Source: Anaerolineae bacterium (GTDB lineage Bacteria; Chloroflexota; Anaerolineae; Anaerolineales; Villigracilaceae). From it: a DNA stretch of 60,981 nucleotides. Positions 38,696-47,850 of this stretch are shown here, in pieces (positions within the stretch are counted from its first letter, which is position 1; each line of letters starts with the position of its first letter). Position numbers and translations under genes: made by a program. The notes beneath the pieces were generated by a model. It was not told the origin of the DNA. It saw nothing but the letters and a program-made list of their open reading frames with translations, and ran no database searches. The stretch covers positions 1 to 60,981 of the forward strand of contig JBGPQJ010000001.1 in assembly GCA_041488995.1 (NCBI GenBank). Direction: 5' to 3'.

Positions 38696-39793
38696 ATGAA
38701 TAAATCAACCCGTTTCATCGTATTCGGCTTTTTGTCCGTGGTGGCGGTCTTCTTGGCGGCATGCAATGCTGCATTGCCGGCTGGCGCAGAAGCCAAAGTC
38801 TCAGCGGATGGCAAGAGTGCGCAGGTGGAATTCACCGGCGTCGTTGATTCCATTGCCGCGAACCAGTGGATGATCTCGGGGCAGGCGGTACTGATCAGTG
38901 CCCAGACCGTCATTGACGGTGTCTTTGCCGCCGGTGATTCGGTAAAAGTTCATGCGACTGTAACTGCTGATGGCGCCGTGACCGCTGACAAAATCGAATC
39001 GCCTTCCGCTTCTTCGGGTGGAGATGACTCGCAAGCCACCCCCGGCGCTTTTAATGGCGACGCAAAAGAATTCACCGGTAAAGTGGATGCGATTACCGCC
39101 GAATCTTGGACGGTGGCGGGTCAGTTATTCGCTGTCAACGCCCAGACCGATATCAAGGGTAATATTTTGATCGGGGATATGGTCAAAGTCCATTTTGTGA
39201 AAAATGCCGATGGTACTTTCACCGCGACGAAGATCGAACTGGCGGGTGACCAGGCGGACAATTCCGAGCAGAACAACCAGGGCAACCAGGGCGAGGCAGA
39301 AATCACCGGCAAAGTGGATGCGTTCACCCCCGAAGCCTGGACAGTGAAGGGTCAGGTATTCGCAGTCAACACTCAGACCGAGATCAAGGATACTATCTAT
39401 CTTGGCGACGTGGTCAAAGTGCATTATCTGGTGAATCCCGATGGCACTTTCACTGCGACGGAGATCGAACTGGCGGGTGACAATCAGGCGCACAACTCAG
39501 AGAAGAAGCTTACAGGTGTGTTGAATGAACTCACACAAACCCAGGCAACAATCGGCAACATCGTGGTGCTGATCACCCCCCAGACCAAACTCGACAGCGG
39601 GCTGGTCATCGGCGAAAATGTGAAAGCTGTAGTGGTGACCAATCCGGATGGTTCAGTTACCGCCCTGGAAATCAAATCCTTCAACAAGTCAAAGTCGGAT
39701 GACGAAAACAGCCACAACAACAACGGTTCCGGGCGAGGCGATGACAAGGGCTCGAATGACCACAAGACTCCTGAACCCGGTGACGACGATTAA
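38696..39793 (+). CDS. secreted protein with four tandem DUF5666-like repeats
   Basis: AAGGAGAG RBS, signal peptide with LAAC, and four units of about 70 aa of the form (F/I)TGxVD...W(T/M)(V/I)xGQ...T(x)I...GDxVKVH...DGTFTATxIE. Confidence 0.75.
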   Translation: MNKSTRFIVFGFLSVVAVFLAACNAALPAGAEAKVSADGKSAQVEFTGVVDSIAANQWMISGQAVLISAQTVIDGVFAAGDSVKVHATVTADGAVTADKIESPSASSGGDDSQATPGAFNGDAKEFTGKVDAITAESWTVAGQLFAVNAQTDIKGNILIGDMVKVHFVKNADGTFTATKIELAGDQADNSEQNNQGNQGEAEITGKVDAFTPEAWTVKGQVFAVNTQTEIKDTIYLGDVVKVHYLVNPDGTFTATEIELAGDNQAHNSEKKLTGVLNELTQTQATIGNIVVLITPQTKLDSGLVIGENVKAVVVTNPDGSVTALEIKSFNKSKSDDENSHNNNGSGRGDDKGSNDHKTPEPGDDD

Positions 39794-39923
39794 CACCGTA
39801 CCCTTGCTCTAAAATATCCCCCATCCTGAAAGGGATGGGGGATAGGATAAAGGCTGGGTCAGCGATGGTATACTTTGCGAAATTCTATCCTTCAATGGTA
39901 ATGTTTCCAATACCTTTGCTGAC

Positions 39924-40466
39924 ATGTCAATCCCAGACGATAAGCAGGAATTTGATGGTTTACAACGGTTCGACCCGCAAGTGATCAGTTCGATATTCGA
40001 TCGCTTATTCCCCATCGTATTCCGCTACGTGCGTTACCGTCTGAACGATGTCACTCAGGCGGAGGATATTGCCAGCGACGTATTTGTGAGATTGCTCGAG
40101 GCGGTCCGCAGCGGGAAAGGACCGGAGACCAACTTGAAAGCGTGGCTGCTGGGGACTGCCTCGCACGCGGTCAATGACCATCACCGCAAGGCTTACCGCC
40201 AGCCGACTGAAGGAATTAATGAGTCCATCCGTGACTTCTCAGCAACTCCTGCTGAATCTGTCGAGCAGCGCGAAAAGCAGCGCAGAGTACGCCAGGCGCT
40301 TAACAAGTTGACCCCCGAACAACAACATGTGATCGCCCTCCGTTTTGGACAGGAACTATCCTTGGAAGAAACAGCGATTTTAATGAAAAAGAACGTGAAT
40401 GCCGTCAAACAACTCCAATTCCGCGCTCTGGCAGCGCTCAATCGTCAGATTGATGAGACGCTATGA
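39924..40466 (+). CDS. ECF-type RNA polymerase sigma-70 family factor
   Basis: Region 2 (FRYVRYRLNDVTQAEDIASDVF) and region 4 HTH (LTPEQQHVIALRFGQELSLEETAILM). Confidence 0.88.
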   Translation: MSIPDDKQEFDGLQRFDPQVISSIFDRLFPIVFRYVRYRLNDVTQAEDIASDVFVRLLEAVRSGKGPETNLKAWLLGTASHAVNDHHRKAYRQPTEGINESIRDFSATPAESVEQREKQRRVRQALNKLTPEQQHVIALRFGQELSLEETAILMKKNVNAVKQLQFRALAALNRQIDETL

Positions 40467-41701
40467 GTGAACAACTCTTCGTTGCATTAGACAATTGCCT
40501 AACCATGATGGATCAGGGTGCTGACCTAGAATCCTGCCTTGCGCGATATCCCGAGCTTGCCTCCGAGCTGCGACCGCTCCTGCTCGCAGCCATGGACGTC
40601 GAATCCCTCGCTGAGAAAGATGTCCCGGTCGATGTGATGCGCCGCAGCAAAGCCCGATTACTTAACGCAGCCGCTGAGATGCGCGAACAGAAATCAGCAA
40701 AGAAGAGGATGTATTTCTCCCCATTCGGGCGTGTTTTCCGGATTGGCTTCGCTGTACTGATCGTGATCACACTTATGGTTGGTATCGGCGGAACAGGGCT
40801 GGTACGCGCCTCGAGCGGGTCATTGCCCGGCGACCAGTTGTATCCCGTCAAGCGCACCTGGGAGAATTTACAACTCAAGTTGGCTTATGATCCAACGGAA
40901 CGCGAATCGCTTGAAGACCGGTTTGACCAGGAACGAGTCGTAGAAATCAACGAGCTCATCAATGCGAGCCGTTCTGAGCGAGTCAAATTCTACGGACAGG
41001 TCGAAGGAATTTTCCCGACCCAATATATCGTTTCTGGTGTGACCGTCACTGTCACGCCCGATACGCGTCTGGATGGAGATATCCAGATGAATGTGTGGGT
41101 GCGTGTCGAAGGGGCGACCCAGACGAATGGTGTTGTGGTGGCAGACAAAATCAGGGTTGTACCTGCCGGTTCCAGCGAGAGTGATCTAATCACGGGTGAT
41201 GGTTCGGGTGGATCTTCGAGCGGAGGGGATGACAACAAAGGCAGCGGAAACTCTGGTGGAGGTGAATCCGGAAAGAACGAAACCCCTGAGGGCGGGAAAT
41301 CGAAGGAGTCAGAAACGCGGATACCTGAATCGAGCAAGACTCCAGAACCAGAAAATTCGGATTCTGGGAATGACCAGTCCACCTCACAGCCGCAGCCATT
41401 CGAAATCGAAGGAATTGTGGCCAGCTACAACGGAAGCCTGATTGTTGTTGGCAATAAATCAATCTATATCGCCCCCGGAACCGAACTGCGCGGCGTCCCT
41501 TCAGAGGGTTCGAAGGTCAAAATTCGCGGTTATATCAACCAGGATGGCACACTTGTCGCTCTCCGTATTGAGGTGAAATCATCTCCCGGTTCAGGTGGGG
41601 GGGGTGAAGGCGGAAGTGGCGGCGATGGAAATGGCGGGGATGGTTCCGGCGGTCATGACCCGACGAAACCCCCCAAGCTGGATGAACCCTCGGATGATTG
41701 A
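40463..41701 (+). CDS. putative anti-sigma factor: single-pass membrane protein with two extracytoplasmic DUF5666-like domains and Gly/Ser-rich low-complexity regions
   Basis: 4-nt overlap with the sigma gene (ATGA), one TM helix (FRIGFAVLIVITLMVGIGG), and DUF5666-like units at YGQVEGIF...VADKIRVV and FEIEGIVAS...LVALRIEV. Confidence 0.65.
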   Translation: MSEQLFVALDNCLTMMDQGADLESCLARYPELASELRPLLLAAMDVESLAEKDVPVDVMRRSKARLLNAAAEMREQKSAKKRMYFSPFGRVFRIGFAVLIVITLMVGIGGTGLVRASSGSLPGDQLYPVKRTWENLQLKLAYDPTERESLEDRFDQERVVEINELINASRSERVKFYGQVEGIFPTQYIVSGVTVTVTPDTRLDGDIQMNVWVRVEGATQTNGVVVADKIRVVPAGSSESDLITGDGSGGSSSGGDDNKGSGNSGGGESGKNETPEGGKSKESETRIPESSKTPEPENSDSGNDQSTSQPQPFEIEGIVASYNGSLIVVGNKSIYIAPGTELRGVPSEGSKVKIRGYINQDGTLVALRIEVKSSPGSGGGGEGGSGGDGNGGDGSGGHDPTKPPKLDEPSDD

Positions 41702-41720
41702 TTTCTGCGATCGATAAAAT

Positions 41721-41760
41721 AAAGGTTGCGTGGAAAGATATGCGCAACCTTTATTTCTTA
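41721..41760 (+). terminator. intrinsic terminator
   Basis: 10-bp stem AAAGGTTGCG / CGCAACCTTT, a 12-nt loop, followed by ATTTCTT. Confidence 0.5.
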
Positions 41761-41848
41761 ATTCGTGCGCCATTAACCGATTGCCTTTTTTACCAAACTG
41801 GGGTACATTTTACAAAATATCATTGATCATCCCGGGGTTCTAAAGACT

Positions 41849-44392
41849 ATGACTGCAAACTTCTATCTCGGACGAACATTCGATCTCTCATCTGGCAAGC
41901 TTTCCGCTGAAAAGATCCTGTATAACCCGGCGGATCTCACCACGCACGCCGTCGTCACCGGGATGACCGGTTCAGGTAAAACCGGGTTGTGTATCGGATT
42001 GATGGAAGAAGCAGCACTTGAACAGATCCCTGCCCTCATTATTGATCCCAAGGGTGATTTGACGAATCTGCTGTTGCACTTCCCTGATCTGGCCCCACCG
42101 GATTTTCAACCCTGGCTGGATACGGATATGATCCGCCGGCAGGGAAAAACACTCGAACAAGCTTCCACCGAAACCGCCGGGCAGTGGAAGCAGGGACTTG
42201 CCGATTGGGGAATTACTCCCGACCGGATCCGTGACCTGAAGGACGCGGTCAACTTCTCAGTCTTTACACCCGGCTCGGATGCCGGACTGCGGGTAAACAT
42301 CCTTTCATCGCTCGAAGCCCCTTCCGTGCCGTGGGAGGGCAACCGCGAAATCCTGCGAGAAAAAATTTCCGCCACCGTCACCGCCCTGCTCGGTTTAGTC
42401 GGCTTCGAAGATATCGACCCGGTGCGTTCCCGGGAACACATTTTGCTCGCGAACATCTTTGAAAATGCGTGGAGCCAGGGCAAGAATCTCGATTTGACCG
42501 AGCTCATCCTGCAAACACAGACGCCGCCTTTCGAAAAGCTGGGCGCCTTCCCGGTGGAAACCTTTTTCCCGGAAAAAGAGCGCATTCCACTGGCGATGGT
42601 TTTGAACAACATCCTGGCTGCTCCCACCTTCGAAGCCTGGCGGGAAGGGCATCCGCTCGACATTCCCTCTCTCTTGTTTTCACCAGATGGCAAACCGCGC
42701 CACAATGTGTTCTACATTGCTCACCTTTCTGACGCCGAGCGCATGTTCTTCATCACCCTGCTGCTTTCCGCCGTTGAGACCTGGATGCGCACCCAGGCGG
42801 GTTCCTCCTACCTGCGCGCTCTGATATATTTCGACGAAATCTATGGCTATCTGCCGCCTACTCGTAATCCGCCCAGCAAACAGCCCCTCCTGCGTATGCT
42901 CAAACAGGCACGCGCCTTCGGTGTGGGGCTGCTGCTGGCCACCCAGAACCCTGTGGATGTTGACTACAAGGGGCTCTCCAATGCCGGGACCTGGTTTGTC
43001 GGCAAGCTGCAGACTGAGCGCGACAAAGAACGCCTGCTCGATGGCCTTGAATCCGTCGGCGGCGGGTTGAACCGCGCTGAGTTTGATAAAACCATTTCCG
43101 CGCTCGGCAAGCGTATCTTTCTACTTCACAATGTCCATGAGGGAAAGGCAGTCATTTTCCAGACCCGTTGGACGATGAACTTTCTCGCTGGCCCGCTCAC
43201 CCGCACACAAATCCCACTCCTCAATAAATTGGCGGGTGCCGGTGTTTTGTCAGTTCCATCACCGGTGGTTGAATCTGCTCCTCAAACGGATTCCAGCTCA
43301 AATGTCCCGCCCGGTAATGGCTCCCTTTCGTCCGCCTCCGCTATTCAGGCTGGTCCAGCCCTCCAGAAAGCGCGGTCTCAGACTGCCTCAAAAGGAAGTC
43401 TCACAAAACCGACCGTTCCTGCCGGGGTGGACGAATTTTTCCTGCCCCTGAGCTATTCGCTCACCGAAGCGTTTACCGCCGCCTCCGAACCGCTCCCCGC
43501 ACAATCACAGTTGTCGGCTGTCCTGTATCGCCCTGTTTTGCTGGCCACCGCCAAAGCGCGCTTCCTCGACCGGCGCTATGGGATCGACTCCGAACTCGAA
43601 TCGACGGCGCTGGTTGATAATCCCGATAAGAATGGCTCGGTTAGGTGGGATGATTTTACCTATCGTGGACCATCCCTGGACAGGCTGGAGAATTCTCCCG
43701 CTCCTCAGGCGATTTTTGAATCATTGAACAACCCGCTTACGGATCCAAAAACAATCGCATTGATGAAACGCGATTTCAGTGATTGGATCTACCGCACTGT
43801 GAAAATGACCATGCGCGAAAATAAGTTGCTCAAAGTAGTCACCCGCCCCGGAATGACGCAAGCCGATTTCATGACGGAGTGTACTAATGCAGCCCGCGCC
43901 GGGCGTGATCTTGAACTGGCGAAAGCATTTGCCAACCTCGACCGGCAGATTGGCTCGCTCGAGCGCAAACTTGAAAAGGAACAAGTCGAGCTTGAAAACG
44001 ACCAGGAGGAACTCAACAGCCGCACCTGGGAGCAAACACAATCCGTAGCTGATAATGTTCTGGGTGTATTCCGCAGGGGGCGTACCGGACGGTTGAGCCG
44101 GGCGATGGAAAAAAACCGCTTGAAAGGTCAGGCGGAAGCCAATGTGGAAGAATCAAAGGTTTCCATTGCTCAATTGAAAGAGCAAATTAACGAGTTGCAG
44201 AAACAGCGCGACCAGAAAACCCAGGAGATCACGAACCGCTGGGGTGGGTTGGTGGATAAAGTGGATGAAATCTCCCTGACCCCGCGAAAAAGCGATATTT
44301 TCGTCGATCGTTTCGGCATCGCCTGGATGCCCTTTTATCAGGTAAAAACAAATGAAGAATTGATCGAGTTGCCTGCTTTTGGGGGAGAGTAG
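41849..44392 (+). CDS. HerA/FtsK-superfamily P-loop ATPase with a long C-terminal coiled-coil extension
   Basis: Walker A is VVTGMTGSGKTG, followed by IIDPKGDL. Walker B-like segment is ALIYFDEIYGYL. LLATQNPVDVDYKGLSNAGTWFVGKLQTERD is typical of the HerA-like helicase/translocase core. Residues about 640-800 are heptad-rich and charged. Confidence 0.7.
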   Translation: MTANFYLGRTFDLSSGKLSAEKILYNPADLTTHAVVTGMTGSGKTGLCIGLMEEAALEQIPALIIDPKGDLTNLLLHFPDLAPPDFQPWLDTDMIRRQGKTLEQASTETAGQWKQGLADWGITPDRIRDLKDAVNFSVFTPGSDAGLRVNILSSLEAPSVPWEGNREILREKISATVTALLGLVGFEDIDPVRSREHILLANIFENAWSQGKNLDLTELILQTQTPPFEKLGAFPVETFFPEKERIPLAMVLNNILAAPTFEAWREGHPLDIPSLLFSPDGKPRHNVFYIAHLSDAERMFFITLLLSAVETWMRTQAGSSYLRALIYFDEIYGYLPPTRNPPSKQPLLRMLKQARAFGVGLLLATQNPVDVDYKGLSNAGTWFVGKLQTERDKERLLDGLESVGGGLNRAEFDKTISALGKRIFLLHNVHEGKAVIFQTRWTMNFLAGPLTRTQIPLLNKLAGAGVLSVPSPVVESAPQTDSSSNVPPGNGSLSSASAIQAGPALQKARSQTASKGSLTKPTVPAGVDEFFLPLSYSLTEAFTAASEPLPAQSQLSAVLYRPVLLATAKARFLDRRYGIDSELESTALVDNPDKNGSVRWDDFTYRGPSLDRLENSPAPQAIFESLNNPLTDPKTIALMKRDFSDWIYRTVKMTMRENKLLKVVTRPGMTQADFMTECTNAARAGRDLELAKAFANLDRQIGSLERKLEKEQVELENDQEELNSRTWEQTQSVADNVLGVFRRGRTGRLSRAMEKNRLKGQAEANVEESKVSIAQLKEQINELQKQRDQKTQEITNRWGGLVDKVDEISLTPRKSDIFVDRFGIAWMPFYQVKTNEELIELPAFGGE

Positions 44393-44456
44393 CCTGGATC
44401 CTTCTCATTTTCAGTTAACCATCCTCCATTAATATGTAAATTCTGGTCCTTTCATT

Positions 44457-45050
44457 ATGGGAACCCTTTTACTGGTTGTAGCGTCTGCACTCTGGGGACT
44501 GTTTCATTCCCTGTTCGTCTCATCCAGCGTCAAGGATGCAGCTCAACGTGCATTTGGCGATCCCGCCATGAATTGGTACAGGCTTGCATATAATTTATTT
44601 GCGGTAATGAGCTTCCTGCCAGTGATGGCGCTCGCTTCCCTGCTTCCGGACCGCCAAATCTACACGATCCCGGAACCCTGGGTGAATGTAACCTTATTCA
44701 TCCAGCTTATGGCGGTGGTTGCGCTGGTGGTCGGTGTTTTCCAGACGGATGTCTGGTCTTTCATGGGCTTGCGTCAGATAATGGGCGGCAAGTCGGAAAG
44801 CAGGATCATGACGGGCGGGTTGTATCGATATATCCGTCACCCGCTCTATACTGCCGGCCTGGTCTTTATCTGGCTTACCCCGGCGATGACCTTGAACCGG
44901 CTCGTGCTTTATTTCAGTCTGACCCTGTATATAATGATCGGCGCGTATTTTGAAGAGCGAAAACTATTACGCGAGTTCGGGAGCGATTATTACGAGTACC
45001 AGGCAAGAACTCCGATGCTGGTCCCATTCCTTCAAAAAAGACGTAATTGA
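44457..45050 (+). CDS. ICMT/PEMT-like membrane methyltransferase family protein
   Basis: GGLYRYIRHPLYTAGLVFIW motif and 4-5 TM helices. Confidence 0.7.
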   Translation: MGTLLLVVASALWGLFHSLFVSSSVKDAAQRAFGDPAMNWYRLAYNLFAVMSFLPVMALASLLPDRQIYTIPEPWVNVTLFIQLMAVVALVVGVFQTDVWSFMGLRQIMGGKSESRIMTGGLYRYIRHPLYTAGLVFIWLTPAMTLNRLVLYFSLTLYIMIGAYFEERKLLREFGSDYYEYQARTPMLVPFLQKRRN

Positions 45051-45069
45051 TATTTACTGAATAATTATT

Positions 45070-46959
45070 ATGACAACCTCTACACTCCCAGGAAGAAACC
45101 CTGCCCACCAAACTGCAAATGTAATCATGCAGTTCTTTGGGATTCTTGTGGGCGGGGCTTTACTATTTATCGTGGCCGTCGCCCTCATGGCGATCGGTTA
45201 CAACGCCTGGTACTTCGGACGCATTTTCCCGGGAGTTCGAATCACCGGCGTGGATGTATCCGGTTTGACTCGCGAACAGGCTGAGATAAAACTCAACCAG
45301 GTAGTGCAGTATCCATTGAGTGGAAAGTTACTGCTTAGAAATGGGCAGAATGTCTGGGTGGTAGCGCCGGCACAAATGGGGATGCTTTTTGACCCCGCAA
45401 CCACAGCAGCAAGTGCCTACCGGATGGGGCGTACAGGGAGCATCAAGAACCGCCTGTCCAACCAGTTGCGTGCATTCCAATCCGGGATGGATGTGGCGCC
45501 CGTGGTCATCCTGGACGAGCGGGCTGCCTATCGTTTTCTGCAATCATTGGCTGACCAGGTGGATATCCCGCCGGTGGAGGGCAGTCTTGAAATTCAAGGT
45601 TTAAATGTCATCGCCAATCCCGGTCAAGTTGGGTATTTGGTGAATGTGGATAAAACTCTCGAGGCTGTGTCTGCCCAGATGCAAACATTTAAAGATGGTG
45701 AAGTCTCACTGGTAATAGATGAGCGCGCCCCTGAAGTGCTTGATGTCAGCAAACCGGCCGAGTCTGCCAGACGTATTCTTGAAACTCCTCTGAACATCGT
45801 TATGCCAAACCCCCAACTGGGTGAACCGGGTCCGTGGCAGATAGACCCCTCCACGCTGGCGACCATGCTGACGGTTGAAAAGGTCAAGAATGGAAATGGC
45901 ACGGGAGAATACCGCATTTCGGTCAGTGATCAGATGATTCGGCCTTTCGTGATGGGGATTGCCCGTGAGTTGGATAAACAGCCGAAGAACGCCCGGTTTA
46001 TCTTTAATGATGACACCCGCCAGTTGGAATTGATCGAACCTGCGGTGCTCGGCCGGAAGTTGAGGGTCGATGAGACGATTACCGCAATTAATAACGCCAT
46101 CAATGAAGGCCAGCAGGTGATCACATTGGCGGTGGACACCACAGAACCGGCGGTTAAAAGCGACGCGACCGCTGCATCGTTGGGGATCACAGAAAATGTG
46201 ATCACATATTCCACGTATTTCCGTGGTTCGGGTACTCCTCGCATCCAGAATATCAAGATAGCTACTGGATCCTTCCATGGTTTGCTTATCGCACCCGGTG
46301 AAACATTCTCGATGGGACAGGTGCTTGGCGATATAAGCCTCGATAACGGTTATGCCGAAGCCTTGATTATTTACGGCAACAAGACCATCAAAGGCGTCGG
46401 CGGCGGTGTGTGCCAGGTCAGCACAACGCTTTTCCGTACTGTCTTCTTTGCCGGTTATCCGATTGTCGAACGTTCCGCGCATGCATATCGTGTTTCGTAT
46501 TACGAACAGACAGAGAACGGCATCAACCCTAACTTGGCGGGGCTGGATGCGACGGTTTACTTTCCGCTGGTGGATTTAAAATTCTTGAATGACACCCCTT
46601 ATTGGTTATTGATGGAGACGTATGTCAATGTGGGAGCTCGGCGAATCACCTGGAAATTCTATTCCACAAAGGACGGTCGCACCGTTGATTGGGAAACAAC
46701 CGGCCCATTCAATCGGGTGCCTGCGCCTGATCCCGTGTTCCAGGAAAACCCTGACCTTGAACCCGGTGCCATCAAGCAGACGGACTGGGCGGCTGAAGGC
46801 GCTGATGTTCAGGTAGTGCGGCGGGTTACCCGCGGCGGTCAACTGATCAATCAGGATTATTTCAATACGCATTACGCCCCATGGCAGGCTGTGTGTGAAT
46901 ATGGTCCTGGGACTGAAGATCCGAAAGCACGTGCTGAAGAGGAAGGACTGTGTCAGTAA
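45070..46959 (+). CDS. VanW family protein
   Basis: N-terminal TM anchor. VanW core: GLLIAPGETFSMGQVLG...GYAEALII...GGGVCQVSTTLFRTVFFAGYPIVERSAHAY. Confidence 0.85.
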   Translation: MTTSTLPGRNPAHQTANVIMQFFGILVGGALLFIVAVALMAIGYNAWYFGRIFPGVRITGVDVSGLTREQAEIKLNQVVQYPLSGKLLLRNGQNVWVVAPAQMGMLFDPATTAASAYRMGRTGSIKNRLSNQLRAFQSGMDVAPVVILDERAAYRFLQSLADQVDIPPVEGSLEIQGLNVIANPGQVGYLVNVDKTLEAVSAQMQTFKDGEVSLVIDERAPEVLDVSKPAESARRILETPLNIVMPNPQLGEPGPWQIDPSTLATMLTVEKVKNGNGTGEYRISVSDQMIRPFVMGIARELDKQPKNARFIFNDDTRQLELIEPAVLGRKLRVDETITAINNAINEGQQVITLAVDTTEPAVKSDATAASLGITENVITYSTYFRGSGTPRIQNIKIATGSFHGLLIAPGETFSMGQVLGDISLDNGYAEALIIYGNKTIKGVGGGVCQVSTTLFRTVFFAGYPIVERSAHAYRVSYYEQTENGINPNLAGLDATVYFPLVDLKFLNDTPYWLLMETYVNVGARRITWKFYSTKDGRTVDWETTGPFNRVPAPDPVFQENPDLEPGAIKQTDWAAEGADVQVVRRVTRGGQLINQDYFNTHYAPWQAVCEYGPGTEDPKARAEEEGLCQ

Positions 46960-47026
46960 TCCGGCGGGCGTGGTAAAATTCGCTCTCGGTGGTTCTCTCT
47001 TTCTCGATAGCCAATTAAGGAGAGTT

Positions 47027-47245
47027 ATGGTCAGTAAAGACTTGCTCGAAATTCTGCGCTGCCCGGCTTGTGTCCGTGAGAAAGACGGTCTGCTCACACT
47101 TTACAAGGATGCCTGGCTTGTGTGCCAGGATTGCGCCCGGAAGTATCCCATCGTCGATGAAATCCCCGTAATGCTAATCGACGAGGGAGATAAATGGGTA
47201 AGCACTGCAGTGGATTCACTTCCTGTCCCGCCCCCCCCGCGGTAG
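47027..47245 (+). CDS. Trm112 family zinc-ribbon protein
   Basis: Start set at ATG 47027, preceded by AAGGAGAG. LLEILRCPAC...LVCQDCARKYPIVDEIPVML is the Trm112/DUF343 signature. Confidence 0.8.
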   Translation: MVSKDLLEILRCPACVREKDGLLTLYKDAWLVCQDCARKYPIVDEIPVMLIDEGDKWVSTAVDSLPVPPPPR

Positions 47246-47246
47246 T

Positions 47247-47822
47247 ATGTCCGAGCTCCCACGTTTGCTTGCCGACCTCACTTCCGGGGATGATGATCTT
47301 GCCGAGCGTGCCGTCTCGCAGCTAATTGTTCTGGATAAAGAAGCGATCCCTGACCTTCTCATTATGAGAGGTAAGGAAAATGAAGATGTACGTTGGTGGG
47401 CTTTCTGCGCCCTGGCGCAAATGCCGGGGGCAGATGCGACATGGTTTATTCCCGGACTTCAAGATCCGTCCGGAGCTGTACGCGAGAGTGCTGCTATGGC
47501 GCTGTGCCTCCATCCTCACCCGTCTGTTGCACCCCGATTAATTGCAACGCTCGATGACCCTGATAGAATGGTCGCCACACTGGCAACAAACGCATTGATT
47601 GGAATTGGTAAGGATGCTACTCCTGAACTATTATCCGTTATGGAAAATGGCACACAGGCAGCACGCATCGAGGCAGCCCGTGCTCTTTCCGAAATCCGTG
47701 ACCCACGCGCAATCCCTGTGTTCATGAAGGTGCTGGAAAACGACTCTGTATTGGTCAGGTACTGGGCTGAGCAGGGACTTGAGAATCTCGGTGTGGGTAT
47801 GGTTTATTTCAAACCTGATTAA
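47247..47822 (+). CDS. HEAT-repeat (PBS-lyase-type) protein
   Basis: Repeating units of about 31 aa, such as DPSGAVRESAAMALC, DPDRMVATLATNALIGIG, AARIEAARALSEIRDPRAIPVFMKVL and NDSVLVRYWAEQGL. Confidence 0.7.
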   Translation: MSELPRLLADLTSGDDDLAERAVSQLIVLDKEAIPDLLIMRGKENEDVRWWAFCALAQMPGADATWFIPGLQDPSGAVRESAAMALCLHPHPSVAPRLIATLDDPDRMVATLATNALIGIGKDATPELLSVMENGTQAARIEAARALSEIRDPRAIPVFMKVLENDSVLVRYWAEQGLENLGVGMVYFKPD

Positions 47823-47850
47823 TTTTTCGACAGAGATTAAAACAAACACT

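Noticed and set aside
45706-46482. 258-aa minus-strand ORF inside the VanW gene
   Set aside because: It is an antisense shadow ORF. The VanW reading frame carries the conserved family core, and this one carries nothing recognisable.
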